In this document: piece by piece, positions 41,400 to 51,817 of the stretch | Layout: the number at the start of each line of letters is the position of its first letter | How positions within the stretch are numbered: the first letter of the stretch is position 1 | From: Longimicrobiales bacterium | GTDB lineage: Bacteria > Gemmatimonadota > Gemmatimonadetes > Longimicrobiales > Gaopeijiaceae | Direction: 5' to 3' | Assembly (NCBI GenBank): GCA_965248195.1 | Contig: CBDFIQ010000002.1 | Location: 1,184,001-1,248,000 of the forward strand | DNA: 64,000 bases | The notes under the pieces: model-generated | The model's input: the letters and a program-made list of their open reading frames with translations, nothing else | Database searches by the model: none | Told to the model about the DNA's origin: nothing | Made by a program: the position numbers and the translations under genes

Positions 41400-41798
41400 A
41401 TGGGTCAGGTTTTCAGCTGGGGGCCGGCCGCTCTCTGGGCGGCGGTCCTCTTTTTGTTGAGCGAATGGTCCGGGCCGGTCGGCGGTCTGCCGCTCGGGGC
41501 CGACAAGTTGGTCCATGGGGGTCTCTTCTTGATTCTGGGCTTGTCTCTCGCATGGGGAAAAGGGAGGACGGGATCCGGCGTTTCGGGGCTCGTGTTCCTA
41601 CTCATGGGTGTGGGGTACGGCGCGTTGGATGAATGGCATCAGAGCTTCATTCCGGGCCGGGACGCCAGTGTGGGTGACTGGGTGGCGGACAGCGCAGGCG
41701 TGATGCTCGGTTTGGTGTTGTTCACGAGCTTCTCGTCCCGGTTCCGGAAAAATAGGCGGTCGCCGAGCGAGGGCACAACGGAATCAGCCCAATCATGA
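41400..41798 (+). CDS. VanZ family membrane protein
   Basis: DKLVH, YGALDEWHQSFIPGRDAS..DW.AD motif. Confidence 0.88.
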   Translation: MGQVFSWGPAALWAAVLFLLSEWSGPVGGLPLGADKLVHGGLFLILGLSLAWGKGRTGSGVSGLVFLLMGVGYGALDEWHQSFIPGRDASVGDWVADSAGVMLGLVLFTSFSSRFRKNRRSPSEGTTESAQS

Positions 41799-43654
41799 AC
41801 CAGATCGATATCGAACGGACCGCACTACGCTCTCGGATGCTGGGCGGCATTCGCTCTGGTGACGAGGGGGCCGAGCTCGAGTTGGCGGGCTGGGTTCACC
41901 GCCGCAGAGATCTAGGCGGGTTGATCTTCCTCGATCTTCGCGACCGAAGCGGGCTGGTTCAGGTGTCCCTTGGGCCGGATTGGACCGATGCCGCCTCGCT
42001 CGACCTCGCCCATCAACTCGGGGCCGAGGACGTCGTGGCCGTGGTTGGATCCGTCGTGGTCCGACCCACCGAGAACCGGAACACGGGGATTCCCACGGGG
42101 GAGATCGAGGTCCGGGCGAGGGTGCTGCGTCGCTTGACCGATGCCGACACCCCTGCCATCCCGGTGTACCGTGGACCGGAGGACGAATTGCCGTCGGAGG
42201 AACTCCGGCTTAAGCATCGTGTGCTGGATCTTCGCCGCACCGAGCTGCAGGAGAATCTTCAGCTTCGGCACCGGCTGGTTCTCGCGTGCAGAAACTGCCT
42301 GGACGGGCTCGGCTTCATCGAGATCGAGACCCCGATTCTGACCAAGCCCACTCCCGAGGGTGCCCGCGACTTTCTGGTGCCGAGCCGCCTTCATCACGGA
42401 GAGTTCTACGCACTGCCGCAAAGTCCACAGATCTATAAGCAGATCTGTATGGCGGCGGGCTTCGATCGCTATTTTCAGATCGCACGGTGCTTCCGGGACG
42501 AGGATTTGAGGGCGGACCGGCAGCCCGAGTTCACTCAGATCGATGTCGAGGCGTCCTTCGTCGAACCAGACGACATCCTCGGGTGGATGGAGAGGCTCAT
42601 GGTCGTGCTGGCGGCGGAAGCACCCCGAATTCAGGCGGAGGTGCCCTTTTCCCGGCTGACACACGCCGAGGCGCTGGAGAGATACGGTACCGACCGGCCC
42701 GATCTCCGCTACAGGCTGGAGATCCAGGACTGGACCCACGCTCTGGCTAGGCTCGACGCCCCCGTGTTCTCAACCGCCCTCCGCGATGGGGAGCGCGTGC
42801 GAGGACTCCTGCTCGAGGGTGGAGCGAAGCTTTCCCGCAGACAAATCGAGGCGATCGAAAGCGGCGCGAAGGCGGCGGGTGCGCCTGGGCTCCTGTGGGC
42901 GAAGCGCACAGATGATGGAGGGTCGGGCTCGCTCGCGCGCTTCATGGACGAGGATGCGTATCGCGAGTTGGGAACGAAGCCCGGCGACCTGGTGCTCGTA
43001 GCGGCCGGGAGCGACGGGATGACCTCGCCGGCGCTTTCTGCAGCGAGGTTGGCTGCGATCGAGGCGCTCGAAATCCCAGAGGATCGAGAACACGCTTGGC
43101 TCTGGGTAGTGGATTTTCCGGTCTTCGAGGAGGGACCCGACGGTGCGCTGGCAGCCAACCACCATCCTTTCGTCATGCCCCATCCGGAGCACCAAGACCG
43201 GCTCGAGACGGAGCCATTGAGCGTGCGTGGGCTGGCCTACGACCTGGTGTTCAATGGTGTCGAGCTCGGCTCGGGCAGCATCCGTAATCACGACCCGAAG
43301 ATCCAGCGTCGGATCCTAAGGCTACTCGGCTTGAATGACGCCGAGATCGACCGGAAGTTCGGTTTTCTTTTGAGCGCCCTGGCCTCGGGGGCGCCGCCCC
43401 ATGGGGGGGTGGCTTTCGGTGTGGATCGCCTGGTGGCGCTCTTCGTAGGGGCCGATAGCCTGAGAGAGGTTATCGCGTTTCCCAAGACGACCGCTGCCCG
43501 CGCCCTCTTCGAGGGTGCGCCGACGCCACTGGACGCCGACGGTCTCGCCGAGCTGGGCCTGTCCCTAGGCCAGGCTGGGGACCAGGCTGCCCCCATGGAA
43601 AAGGGGGGGTCCGAGGGAAAAGAGGTCGCCCACTCGAGCGGGGCGGAAACATGA
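41795..43654 (+). CDS. aspS: Aspartyl-tRNA synthetase (probably discriminating type)
   Basis: RRRDLGG, TPEGARDF, ALPQSPQ, RCFRDEDLRADRQPEFTQ, GAPPHGG, VIAFPKT. Confidence 0.96.
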   Translation: MNQIDIERTALRSRMLGGIRSGDEGAELELAGWVHRRRDLGGLIFLDLRDRSGLVQVSLGPDWTDAASLDLAHQLGAEDVVAVVGSVVVRPTENRNTGIPTGEIEVRARVLRRLTDADTPAIPVYRGPEDELPSEELRLKHRVLDLRRTELQENLQLRHRLVLACRNCLDGLGFIEIETPILTKPTPEGARDFLVPSRLHHGEFYALPQSPQIYKQICMAAGFDRYFQIARCFRDEDLRADRQPEFTQIDVEASFVEPDDILGWMERLMVVLAAEAPRIQAEVPFSRLTHAEALERYGTDRPDLRYRLEIQDWTHALARLDAPVFSTALRDGERVRGLLLEGGAKLSRRQIEAIESGAKAAGAPGLLWAKRTDDGGSGSLARFMDEDAYRELGTKPGDLVLVAAGSDGMTSPALSAARLAAIEALEIPEDREHAWLWVVDFPVFEEGPDGALAANHHPFVMPHPEHQDRLETEPLSVRGLAYDLVFNGVELGSGSIRNHDPKIQRRILRLLGLNDAEIDRKFGFLLSALASGAPPHGGVAFGVDRLVALFVGADSLREVIAFPKTTAARALFEGAPTPLDADGLAELGLSLGQAGDQAAPMEKGGSEGKEVAHSSGAET

Positions 43655-44649
43655 CCTCAGAGGGCTTGACGTCGGGTCAGAGCACGGTGGTAGAACACCG
43701 CCTAGACGCTGAGGGAGTTGATCCGTTGCTGCTGACTGGCGCGAATGACGTCAACCTTCGGGAAGTCACGAGTCTGTATGACATTCGGCTCGTGCTTCGG
43801 GGGGACCATGTCATCTTGTCGGGGGAGTTGGCGGTGGTGGAGGGGGCCGCTCCCTTGGTCCAGCATCTGATCGAGCTGTCCCGTTTGCGGATGCCGTTCG
43901 ACCGGAACGACATCGCCCGTTTTGCGGAGGGTTTGGCGGCCCACGGGCCGGATGGCGTCGTGTCGCCCGAAACGGAGCTCCAGGTCGCGTTGCCGGGGTC
44001 CCGAAAAGTGATCCGGCCCAAGTCGGAGGGACAGCGCCAGTACGTCAAGGCGATCAGGGACAACGACGTCGTCATCGGCATCGGGCCCGCCGGGACCGGA
44101 AAGACGTATCTGGCGGTCGCTCTTGCGGTCGACGCGCTCTACAAGAAGCGTGTGCGGCGCATCGTCCTTGCGCGGCCGGCCGTTGAAGCGGGCGAGAGCC
44201 TTGGGTTCCTCCCGGGAGACATGCAGGAGAAAGTCGACCCCTACCTGAGGCCTCTGTATGATGCCCTGGAGGACATGATGCCTTCCGACCGAGTACGTAA
44301 GGCGCTCGACGACCTGACCATCGAGATCGCGCCGCTGGCCTATATGCGTGGCCGGACGCTCTCCGATGCCTTCGTGATCCTGGATGAGGCCCAGAACTCC
44401 ACAACGCGGCAGATGAAAATGTTTCTGACGCGGCTGGGATTGAACTCACAGGTAGTGATCACGGGAGACAAGACACAGATCGACCTTCCGCGCAAGGAAT
44501 ATTCAGGCCTGCTTCAGGTGGAGGCCATCCTACGTGGCGTCGAGGGCATCGAGTTTATTTATCTGGACGACACGGACGTAATCCGGCATCGTCTGGTGAA
44601 GGACATCATTCGGGCGTATGCCCGTAGCGAATCGGAGGTGGACCAGTGA
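43651..44649 (+). CDS. phoH: PhoH family ATPase (YbeZ-like)
   Basis: GPAGTGKTYLA, RPAVEAGE.LGFLPGD, APLAYMRGRTL, LDEAQN, RHRLV. Confidence 0.94.
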   Translation: MTSEGLTSGQSTVVEHRLDAEGVDPLLLTGANDVNLREVTSLYDIRLVLRGDHVILSGELAVVEGAAPLVQHLIELSRLRMPFDRNDIARFAEGLAAHGPDGVVSPETELQVALPGSRKVIRPKSEGQRQYVKAIRDNDVVIGIGPAGTGKTYLAVALAVDALYKKRVRRIVLARPAVEAGESLGFLPGDMQEKVDPYLRPLYDALEDMMPSDRVRKALDDLTIEIAPLAYMRGRTLSDAFVILDEAQNSTTRQMKMFLTRLGLNSQVVITGDKTQIDLPRKEYSGLLQVEAILRGVEGIEFIYLDDTDVIRHRLVKDIIRAYARSESEVDQ

Positions 44650-47042
44650 CCCGGGACGGCCTCTCTACATACGGTGTTGCCCGCGAAGGGCACGGGGACC
44701 AGGTGCGCCCGCCCTGGCCGGACGGAGTCGTTTACCATGGATCCCGGCTGCTGCTCGTGGTGGCGTTAGCCGTCACGATCACCGCGCTCTTCCCCCCTAT
44801 CGGGGGGGCCACACTCGGCCGATTCGAAGTGGGGATGGTCCTCACCGAGGCAGTCATCGCCGAAGTGCCGTTCACCATACCGAAGTCGACGGAGGAGCTA
44901 CAGCGGGAGAGGGCGGACGCCGCAGCCGGCGTGCCGCCCACGTTCAACTACAGGCCCGAGGCCGGAGACACCATGGTTGTCCGGCTCGGTAGGTTCTTCG
45001 CCAGACTCGACTCGGTCGCTTCGGAGGGCGATTCGGAGACCCTCCGCGCGGATCTGCTCGAAGCGTCAGTCGTGGCCACTCCCCAGCAAGCCGTCCTCCT
45101 TATCGACGACACGACCCGCGGGCTCCTGAGTACCACCTCCGTTTCGGGGGTGAGGCGATACGCAGAGATGGGTATAGTCGACGCCACGGAAGCGCGTGAG
45201 CTCACTGTCGAGAGCGTCCTGATTCAGGACCCGGGGGCGGAGGACCGCCGCTCGATGCCGAGTGGAGACGTTCTGACCGGAGGAGACCTGCAGGCGCGGA
45301 TCGTCAGCGACCTGGGGACGGCGAGCCCCGAACTCAGCGAGTTGCTTCGCCTGATCGTCATCAGCCACACCGTCTATTCTCTCGAGTTCGACCCCGATGT
45401 CACCAATGCCGATCGGGAGGCCGCCCGGCAGGCAGTTCCAGAATCGATCGGCAACGTGGTCCAGCAGGAAGCGATCGTTCGGGCGAACGAGCCCATTGCG
45501 GAGGCGGATCTGGACCGCTTGAACGCGTACGAGGCGGAGCTGCGCCGGCTCCAGTTGCTCGAGGAACCGGGCCTCCAATTCGGGCTTCTCCTGGGAGCGT
45601 TCCTGCTGAATTTGTCACTTCTGGCGGTGTTCGGGGCGCTCGTCTTTTTCATGCGGCCGGTCATCTACGGATCTCTGAGGTGGCTGGTCCTACAGGCGGC
45701 TCTGGTGGTCATCTATTTCGTCGTGGCTCGGGTCATCGCATCCAACGATTGGGGGCCGGAGGCATTGCCGGTGGCGTTTGTCGTTTTGGCGCTGGCGGTT
45801 CTTTGGGATTCCAGAATCGCATTGGTGTTGGGGCTTGTCCTGGCCGTCCTCACGGTGGCTCAGCCCCCGTTCGCGGAGCTGGACGTCCTGTTTCCGGTGA
45901 TGATCGGTGGGGCCGCAGCGGCAATGTGCGTCCGGGTTGTCCGTCGCAGGGCACAGACGTTGGTGTTCGTTGCGATCATCACGGGAGCCTATGCGGTGAC
46001 ACTCTTGGCGATGAGCCTGCTGGGAGAGCGCTCCGCGGTGGAATTCGCGGGGTCGATGATGTGGGCCGGCTTGCCCGCGGCGGCGAGCGCGATCCTCGCG
46101 ATGGGCCTGGTGCCCGTGTTCGAATGGACCACGGGGATCACGACGGACCAGACGCTACTCGAATGGGCGGATCCGAACGCGGCGCTCCTGCGTCGCCTTT
46201 CGCTGGAAGCTCCGGGTACGTACGCACACACCATCAACGTGGCCAACCTGGCGGAGATGGCCGCCAATGCGATCGGCGCTCATGGGCTTCTCTGCCGGGT
46301 CGGCCTGTACTACCACGACGTAGGAAAGGTGCTCAAGCCCCATTATTTTGTGGAAAACCAGCCCGAGGGCAGAAATCCCCACGACAAGCTCAAGCCTGAT
46401 ACCTCGTCGGCAATCCTGATCGAGCATGTGGTCGAGGGGCTTCGGCTCGGGAAGGAGGCGGGGCTCCCCGAGGTCATTCAGCGGTTCATTTCCGAGCATC
46501 ATGGCACTCAACTCATCGCCTTCTTCTTTAGCCGGGCGGAAGAGGAACTCGGTGCGGGCAATGTCGACGAAGCGGAATACCGTTATCCCGGACCGAAGCC
46601 GCAGTCGAAGGAGACCGCCGTTGCAATGATGGCGGATTCGATCGAGTCGGCCACACGGGTGCTTCAGGAACCGACGCCCGAGCGAGTCCGTGATCTCGTG
46701 GACGGCATCATCGAGAGTAAACGGCAGGACGGCCAACTCGACGAAGCGCCGTTGACGATGCGTGACATCACTGTCCTCAAGGACACCTTCGTGACGGTCT
46801 TGAGTGGCATCTATCACCACCGCATCGACTATCCCACGACCAAACATTTGACGGACGCACCGGACAATGGCTCGGGGGAGAGGTCGAACGGTGCCCGAGA
46901 GGAAGAATCCGGTTCGGAGCGGGAGCAGCTTTCCGGTGCGGATGACGCGCCCCAGGACCTCGAGGGGTCCGACGGTGAGGGAACCGGAGCCGCCGCGGTC
47001 AGCGAACAGATTGAATTTGGCGACGTGGATCGCGGGTCCTAG
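44646..47042 (+). CDS. 7TM-HD (HDIG) membrane phosphohydrolase, PgpH-like
   Basis: Extracellular domain, multiple TM helices, EAPGTYAH, YYHDVGK, FVENQ, EHHGT, YRYPGPKP, MADSIE. Confidence 0.9.
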   Translation: MTRDGLSTYGVAREGHGDQVRPPWPDGVVYHGSRLLLVVALAVTITALFPPIGGATLGRFEVGMVLTEAVIAEVPFTIPKSTEELQRERADAAAGVPPTFNYRPEAGDTMVVRLGRFFARLDSVASEGDSETLRADLLEASVVATPQQAVLLIDDTTRGLLSTTSVSGVRRYAEMGIVDATEARELTVESVLIQDPGAEDRRSMPSGDVLTGGDLQARIVSDLGTASPELSELLRLIVISHTVYSLEFDPDVTNADREAARQAVPESIGNVVQQEAIVRANEPIAEADLDRLNAYEAELRRLQLLEEPGLQFGLLLGAFLLNLSLLAVFGALVFFMRPVIYGSLRWLVLQAALVVIYFVVARVIASNDWGPEALPVAFVVLALAVLWDSRIALVLGLVLAVLTVAQPPFAELDVLFPVMIGGAAAAMCVRVVRRRAQTLVFVAIITGAYAVTLLAMSLLGERSAVEFAGSMMWAGLPAAASAILAMGLVPVFEWTTGITTDQTLLEWADPNAALLRRLSLEAPGTYAHTINVANLAEMAANAIGAHGLLCRVGLYYHDVGKVLKPHYFVENQPEGRNPHDKLKPDTSSAILIEHVVEGLRLGKEAGLPEVIQRFISEHHGTQLIAFFFSRAEEELGAGNVDEAEYRYPGPKPQSKETAVAMMADSIESATRVLQEPTPERVRDLVDGIIESKRQDGQLDEAPLTMRDITVLKDTFVTVLSGIYHHRIDYPTTKHLTDAPDNGSGERSNGAREEESGSEREQLSGADDAPQDLEGSDGEGTGAAAVSEQIEFGDVDRGS

Positions 47043-47049
47043 GAGGGTG

Positions 47050-47508
47050 ATGGGAAAGGGGGGCCGGGCGAGTTCGTTGGAAATCCAGGTCTCCGGAGAT
47101 TCCCCTGCCGGCGTGTCGAAAGATTGGTTGCGGTCGGCGGTGGCTCTGGTGCTCCGGAGTGCGGGGCTCAGCGAGGGGGAGATTTCCCTGACGCTCTTGG
47201 ATGATGACTCCATCCGGGAGTTGAATCGTACCTACCTGGGCAAGGACACCCCCACCGACGTCCTCTCCTTCGCCCTCCATGAGGGCGATGAGGCGGTGTT
47301 GGGAGATGTCTACGTGGGATACGAGCAGGCGGCGAATCAGGCGGTAGACGCCGGGATCACCGCGGAAGAAGAGTTGGCCCGTTTGTCCATCCACGGCACC
47401 CTGCACGTCCTGGGGTACGACCATCCGGACACTGAGGCCCGCTCCTCCAGCGAGATGTTCATTCTGCAAGAGCAGTTGGTCCAGAAGCTACTGGACGAAG
47501 CGATGTGA
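47050..47508 (+). CDS. ybeY: rRNA maturation endoribonuclease YbeY
   Basis: LNRTYLGKDTPTDVLSF, LGDVY, HGTLHVLGYDH. Confidence 0.95.
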   Translation: MGKGGRASSLEIQVSGDSPAGVSKDWLRSAVALVLRSAGLSEGEISLTLLDDDSIRELNRTYLGKDTPTDVLSFALHEGDEAVLGDVYVGYEQAANQAVDAGITAEEELARLSIHGTLHVLGYDHPDTEARSSSEMFILQEQLVQKLLDEAM

Positions 47509-47527
47509 AGACCCCACTCTCCGGGGC

Positions 47528-48895
47528 ATGACCACCAGCCATAGCAACGAATCTCCAGATCTTCGGGAGCGGATCGCAGCGCTGATCGGCGAAGGCGACG
47601 TATCTGCGCTCGAGGCCATGCTGGAGGAGCTCCACCCTTCCGATATTGCAGACGTTATGGAGTCGCTCGCCGAAGAACTTCGCTTGGCGTTGGTTCGTGC
47701 ACTCCCGGCCGACCTGGCTTCAGAGACCCTCGCCGAGATGGAAGAAGGCGAGGTCCGGGCCGAGCTCTTGACCGCCTTGGCTCCCGCCGAGGGAGCGGAA
47801 CTCCTGCACGAGTTGTCGGACGACGACGCCGCGGATCTGGTCGGTGAGCTCGAGCCGGAGGCGCAGGATCGGCTTCTGGCGGAGTTGCCCACGGAGGAAG
47901 CGGGTGATATCCGCGACCTCCTCCGGTACGACGAGGATACGGCCGGAGGGATCATGACGACCGCCCTCGTGTCGGTGCTCGGCCACGTCACAGCGGGCGA
48001 GGCGATCGAGGCCGTGCGCGTGCAGGGGAGGGAGGTGGAGGACTTCTACACCGTGTTCGTGGTGGACGAGGACACCAAGCTGCTCGGCACCGTGCCGTTG
48101 GACGACCTGATCCTGTCTGATACGGGGCATCGCATCGGTGACCTGGTCGAGCCCATTGTGGCGTCGGTGGTCCCGGAGGCCGACCAGGAGGAGGTTGGCC
48201 ACATGATCGCCCGCTACAACCTGGCGTCGATCCCGGTCGTTTCAGACGACGGGGTCCTGCTGGGCCGCGTCACCTTCGATGATGTCATCGACGTCATCGA
48301 GGCCGAAACCACGGAAGACCTTCTGCTGTTCTCCGGTGTCTCGGAGGCGGAGGAGCTACGCGGCACCTCGGTCGAGGCGGTCCGCGCCCGGCTCCCGTGG
48401 CTTCTTCTCAACACGATGACGGCGAGCCTCGCAGCCAGCGTGGTCTGGTGGTTCCGGAGTGAGATCGCGGCGGCGACGCTTCTTGCGGTGGTCATGCCCG
48501 TGGTGGCTGGCCTCGGAGGAAATGCCGGCCAGCAGGCACTTGCCGTGACCGTTCGACGGCTCGCGACGTCGGCGGGGCCGCTCGAGGCTCGCGGCCACAT
48601 GGTACGCAAGGAAATCCTGGTGGGGTTGTTGAACGGAGTAGCCATCGGCCTCCTCGTTGCGGTGGCCGCCGGGATGCTCGCTCTAGCGATGGGGGTGGAC
48701 GCACGACTCGGTGTGGTCGTACTGCTGGCCATGTGGGGGAACATCGCGATGGCCGGGTTCGCCGGCTCCTTCATCCCAACGCTTCTCGATCGAATGGGGC
48801 AGGATCCCGCCGTCGCCTCTACCGTGTTCTTGACGGCCCTCACCGACCTGACGGGCTTTCTCCTGCTCCTTGGGCTGGCCACGGTCATTCTGTGA
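47528..48895 (+). CDS. mgtE: Magnesium transporter MgtE
   Basis: MgtE N domain, TAGGIMT, CBS pair, RLPWL, GGNAG, DPAVAS, TDLTG. Confidence 0.95.
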   Translation: MTTSHSNESPDLRERIAALIGEGDVSALEAMLEELHPSDIADVMESLAEELRLALVRALPADLASETLAEMEEGEVRAELLTALAPAEGAELLHELSDDDAADLVGELEPEAQDRLLAELPTEEAGDIRDLLRYDEDTAGGIMTTALVSVLGHVTAGEAIEAVRVQGREVEDFYTVFVVDEDTKLLGTVPLDDLILSDTGHRIGDLVEPIVASVVPEADQEEVGHMIARYNLASIPVVSDDGVLLGRVTFDDVIDVIEAETTEDLLLFSGVSEAEELRGTSVEAVRARLPWLLLNTMTASLAASVVWWFRSEIAAATLLAVVMPVVAGLGGNAGQQALAVTVRRLATSAGPLEARGHMVRKEILVGLLNGVAIGLLVAVAAGMLALAMGVDARLGVVVLLAMWGNIAMAGFAGSFIPTLLDRMGQDPAVASTVFLTALTDLTGFLLLLGLATVIL

Positions 48896-48906
48896 GGGGA
48901 GGATCC

Positions 48907-50568
48907 GTGAGGAGCCTCTTCAGAGGGATTCGGATTTTCGTGGGCCTCGCACCCCCGGTCGTGGGTTTTCTGAGGGATCGGAGGCGATGGATCATCGTGG
49001 GCGCCCCCGCGCGCCGCACCGAGCGGCATCATCGGCGGCGGGCAGGAAAGTTGGTGGCTCGGGTGGCCAAGCTGGGGCCTACCTTCATCAAGCTCGGCCA
49101 ACTCATGTCCGCACGGGCGGATATCTTTCCCGAGCCGTACCTGACGGCGATCGGCACGCTTCAGGATCAGGCTCCTCCTGATCCTACGGATCAGATCATC
49201 GCTGTCATCGAGCGTGAGCTGGGTCGGCCGGTGGATGAGGTCTTCGACGAGTTCGACCGGGAGCCCGCCGCCGCCGCGAGCCTCGGGCAGGTGCATGAGG
49301 CAGTCGTCGATGGTAGGCAGGTCGTGGTCAAGGTACTCCGCCCGGGCGTCGAGGAAGTCGTGGCGCTCGATCTGGACATCGGCTTCACCCTTTTGTTCTG
49401 GCTCAATGTCCTCTTCCCCAACCATCACATTCAGGCGCTCACGAACGTCGTGCGTGAATTCTCTCACCGCGTAAGGGAGGAGATGGACTTCCGTAGAGAG
49501 TCGGAAAACATCGAGCGGTTCCAACGATATTTCAGAGACGATCCGACCGTTCGAGCCCCCGAGGTCTTTGACGAATACACGCGCCGCAGGGTCCTGGTCA
49601 TGGAGCGCTGCACTGGAACCAAGATCGATCGGTTGCACGACCAGTTCGCGAAGGGCCGCATCGAGTTCAACGAGGTCATGGAGCACCTCACGGGGCTCTA
49701 CCTTCGCATGATGATGGTCGATGGGTTTTTGCACGCCGACCCCCATCCCGGCAACCTCCTCGTTCAGGATGACGGAACCATCGTGGTGCTCGACTGGGGA
49801 ATGGTGCTCGAGGTTCCTTCTTGGACGCGCGAGTACATTTTGGACCTCGCGCTGACGGTAGAGCGGGACGATCTGGACGGGATGATCAACGGCATGTACC
49901 GATTGGGCATGATCAGCCCCGAAGTGTCACGGGGTGAGATCCGCGAGGCGGCCACCGAAATTCTCGCGATCATGGCGAGTGTGAGGAGCTCCAACCAGGA
50001 CCGTGTCGAAGAGATTGTCCAGGAGATCTTCGACACGTTTTACACATGGCCCCTCATGCTCCCTCAAGAGCTGGTGTATCTCTTTCGGACTTCGGTGCTT
50101 TTGGAAGGCATCGGAATCCGGTACGACGAGAATTTCGATGGGCTGGGGCTCCTCAAGCGCGTCGTGCGCGACATGAAGGGCGAGATCGTGAAGACCTCCG
50201 TCCGGCAACCCGTTGCGGTTGCGAAGGATCTGCTCGGAGAGGCGCAGTCGGCGATCCGGACCATGATCGAGTTGCTCGGACGGGCGGAGCGGGAAGAGTT
50301 GAGGGTACGTGTGCATCCCCGAGACATCCAAGGCCAGGAGAGGTTTCTCAACCTACAGGCCCGGCGCATCAGTCTGAGTATTTTCGCCACGGCTACCGCG
50401 GTCATCTCGTCCATTATTTTTATTGCGGTACGAAACCTCTGGCTGCTCGGGGGCGGTCTTCTGGTCGCTCTGCTCATGTTCGTGCTGGTGTTCTTCATCC
50501 CGACTCACCTTCTGGAAAATCCGCTACGGCACGCTCGACGGGTTCGACGCGGTGAGCGTGGCCGATAA
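48907..50568 (+). CDS. AarF/UbiB (ABC1) family atypical kinase
   Basis: LGPTFIKLGQ, AAASLGQVH, VKV, EMDF, HADPHPGN, LDWGM, C-terminal TMs. Confidence 0.92.
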   Translation: MRSLFRGIRIFVGLAPPVVGFLRDRRRWIIVGAPARRTERHHRRRAGKLVARVAKLGPTFIKLGQLMSARADIFPEPYLTAIGTLQDQAPPDPTDQIIAVIERELGRPVDEVFDEFDREPAAAASLGQVHEAVVDGRQVVVKVLRPGVEEVVALDLDIGFTLLFWLNVLFPNHHIQALTNVVREFSHRVREEMDFRRESENIERFQRYFRDDPTVRAPEVFDEYTRRRVLVMERCTGTKIDRLHDQFAKGRIEFNEVMEHLTGLYLRMMMVDGFLHADPHPGNLLVQDDGTIVVLDWGMVLEVPSWTREYILDLALTVERDDLDGMINGMYRLGMISPEVSRGEIREAATEILAIMASVRSSNQDRVEEIVQEIFDTFYTWPLMLPQELVYLFRTSVLLEGIGIRYDENFDGLGLLKRVVRDMKGEIVKTSVRQPVAVAKDLLGEAQSAIRTMIELLGRAEREELRVRVHPRDIQGQERFLNLQARRISLSIFATATAVISSIIFIAVRNLWLLGGGLLVALLMFVLVFFIPTHLLENPLRHARRVRRGERGR

Positions 50569-50573
50569 TCAGA

Positions 50574-51668
50574 ATGGATCCAACTGAGCCGCTCCCCGAA
50601 GAACTCGAATCGCTTCTCGAGCGGTTCCACGCGGGAGAGAGGACGGCCCTCGCCCGTGCGATTTCCGTGATCGAGAATGAGAGGCCCGGTTTCCAGGGAT
50701 TTCTCCATCGTGTACTCGCCGCGGGCCCTCGGGCCCGGCGTGTGGGCGTGACGGGTCCGCCGGGGAGCGGGAAGTCGAGTCTGATCGCGGCGCTGGCGAA
50801 CCTGTGCCGTGCCCGAAAGGAAGAAGTCGGTGTTGTGGCGGTCGACCCGACGTCGCCCTATTCGGGGGGAGCCCTTCTCGGGGACCGGATCCGCATGAAT
50901 GACCTGGCCACCGATCGCGGCATATTCATTCGCTCCATGGCGACCCGTGGATCGTTTGGGGGGCTGGCCGCGACCTCCAAGGAGGTCATCGACCTCATGG
51001 ATGTGTTCGGTCTCACGCGGCTTCTCATCGAGACGGTCGGGGTGGGGCAGACCGAGCTGGAGATCACAGGGGCCGCCGACACGGTGGTGGTGGTGTTGGT
51101 TCCCGAGTCGGGGGATGGGATCCAGGCCATGAAAGCGGGGCTCATGGAGATCGCGGACGTTTTCGTGGTGAACAAAGCGGATCGACCAGGTGCCGACCAT
51201 GTGCTCGACGATCTGCGAACCGCCCTACACCTTCGGGCTGGAAAGGCCTTGGCCGCTGGTCCAGCCCACCACGGTGTCGATCTCCCGCGCGCGACGCAGA
51301 AGGCCGAAGTGGCTGTTTCGAAGCCCGTTCCGGGCGACCGCCCGGGTTGGGCAATTCCGGTGCTAAAAACAGTGGCCCAGACGGGAGAGGGAGTGCCCGA
51401 ACTGCTCGATGCCGTCGACCGGCATCGGGAACATCTCGAGGGATCCGGTGAGTTGGGGATCCGGCGCCGCGAGCGAGGCGCGGTGCGGGTGCGTGAGGTA
51501 ACCGAGCGTACGCTCCGCGGGATCCTCTGGGGGGGCGAAGTGACCAGGGCGTTGCTCGAGGCCGGCCTGGATGAAATCCAGCAGCGTACCGCCACCCCCT
51601 ATTCCGTCTCCGCCTCGATCCTGCAGGTGCTTCTGGCCGAAGAGCAGAAGGCTCCGCCTAGGAGCTAG
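50574..51668 (+). CDS. meaB: Acyl-CoA mutase-associated GTPase MeaB
   Basis: GVTGPPGSGKSS, AVDPTSPYSGGALLGDRIRM, IETVGVGQ, KAGLMEIAD, NKAD. Confidence 0.95.
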   Translation: MDPTEPLPEELESLLERFHAGERTALARAISVIENERPGFQGFLHRVLAAGPRARRVGVTGPPGSGKSSLIAALANLCRARKEEVGVVAVDPTSPYSGGALLGDRIRMNDLATDRGIFIRSMATRGSFGGLAATSKEVIDLMDVFGLTRLLIETVGVGQTELEITGAADTVVVVLVPESGDGIQAMKAGLMEIADVFVVNKADRPGADHVLDDLRTALHLRAGKALAAGPAHHGVDLPRATQKAEVAVSKPVPGDRPGWAIPVLKTVAQTGEGVPELLDAVDRHREHLEGSGELGIRRRERGAVRVREVTERTLRGILWGGEVTRALLEAGLDEIQQRTATPYSVSASILQVLLAEEQKAPPRS

Positions 51669-51737
51669 GACCGTGGGATCCCGGGTACCCGTGCGATAGC
51701 ACGGGTGGCGGCCCACTGTACTCCTTCAGCAGCCTTC
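51651..51737. repeat. Partial copy of repeat element supplying the meaB stop codon
   Basis: GCTCCGCCTAGGAGCTAGGACCGTGG identical to 38123-38148, then a hairpin, then GCGGCCCACTGTACTCCTTCAGCAGCCTTC terminal arm. Confidence 0.88.
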
Positions 51738-51817
51738 CCGAGTGCGCTTCTTCCCGATACCGGGACAATGTCTCCGCTCGTGGGTAGACTTTCTACGCCC
51801 CAATAAGGGAAAAACGC

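Noticed and set aside
48214..49746. Long antisense ORFs (this one, 13513-14832, 46155-47213, 17740-18699 and similar)
   Set aside because: Shadow ORFs typical of high-GC DNA, lying opposite well-supported genes
51738..51817. Cobalamin riboswitch upstream of the mutase
   Set aside because: Too short and lacks the B12-box and other consensus elements
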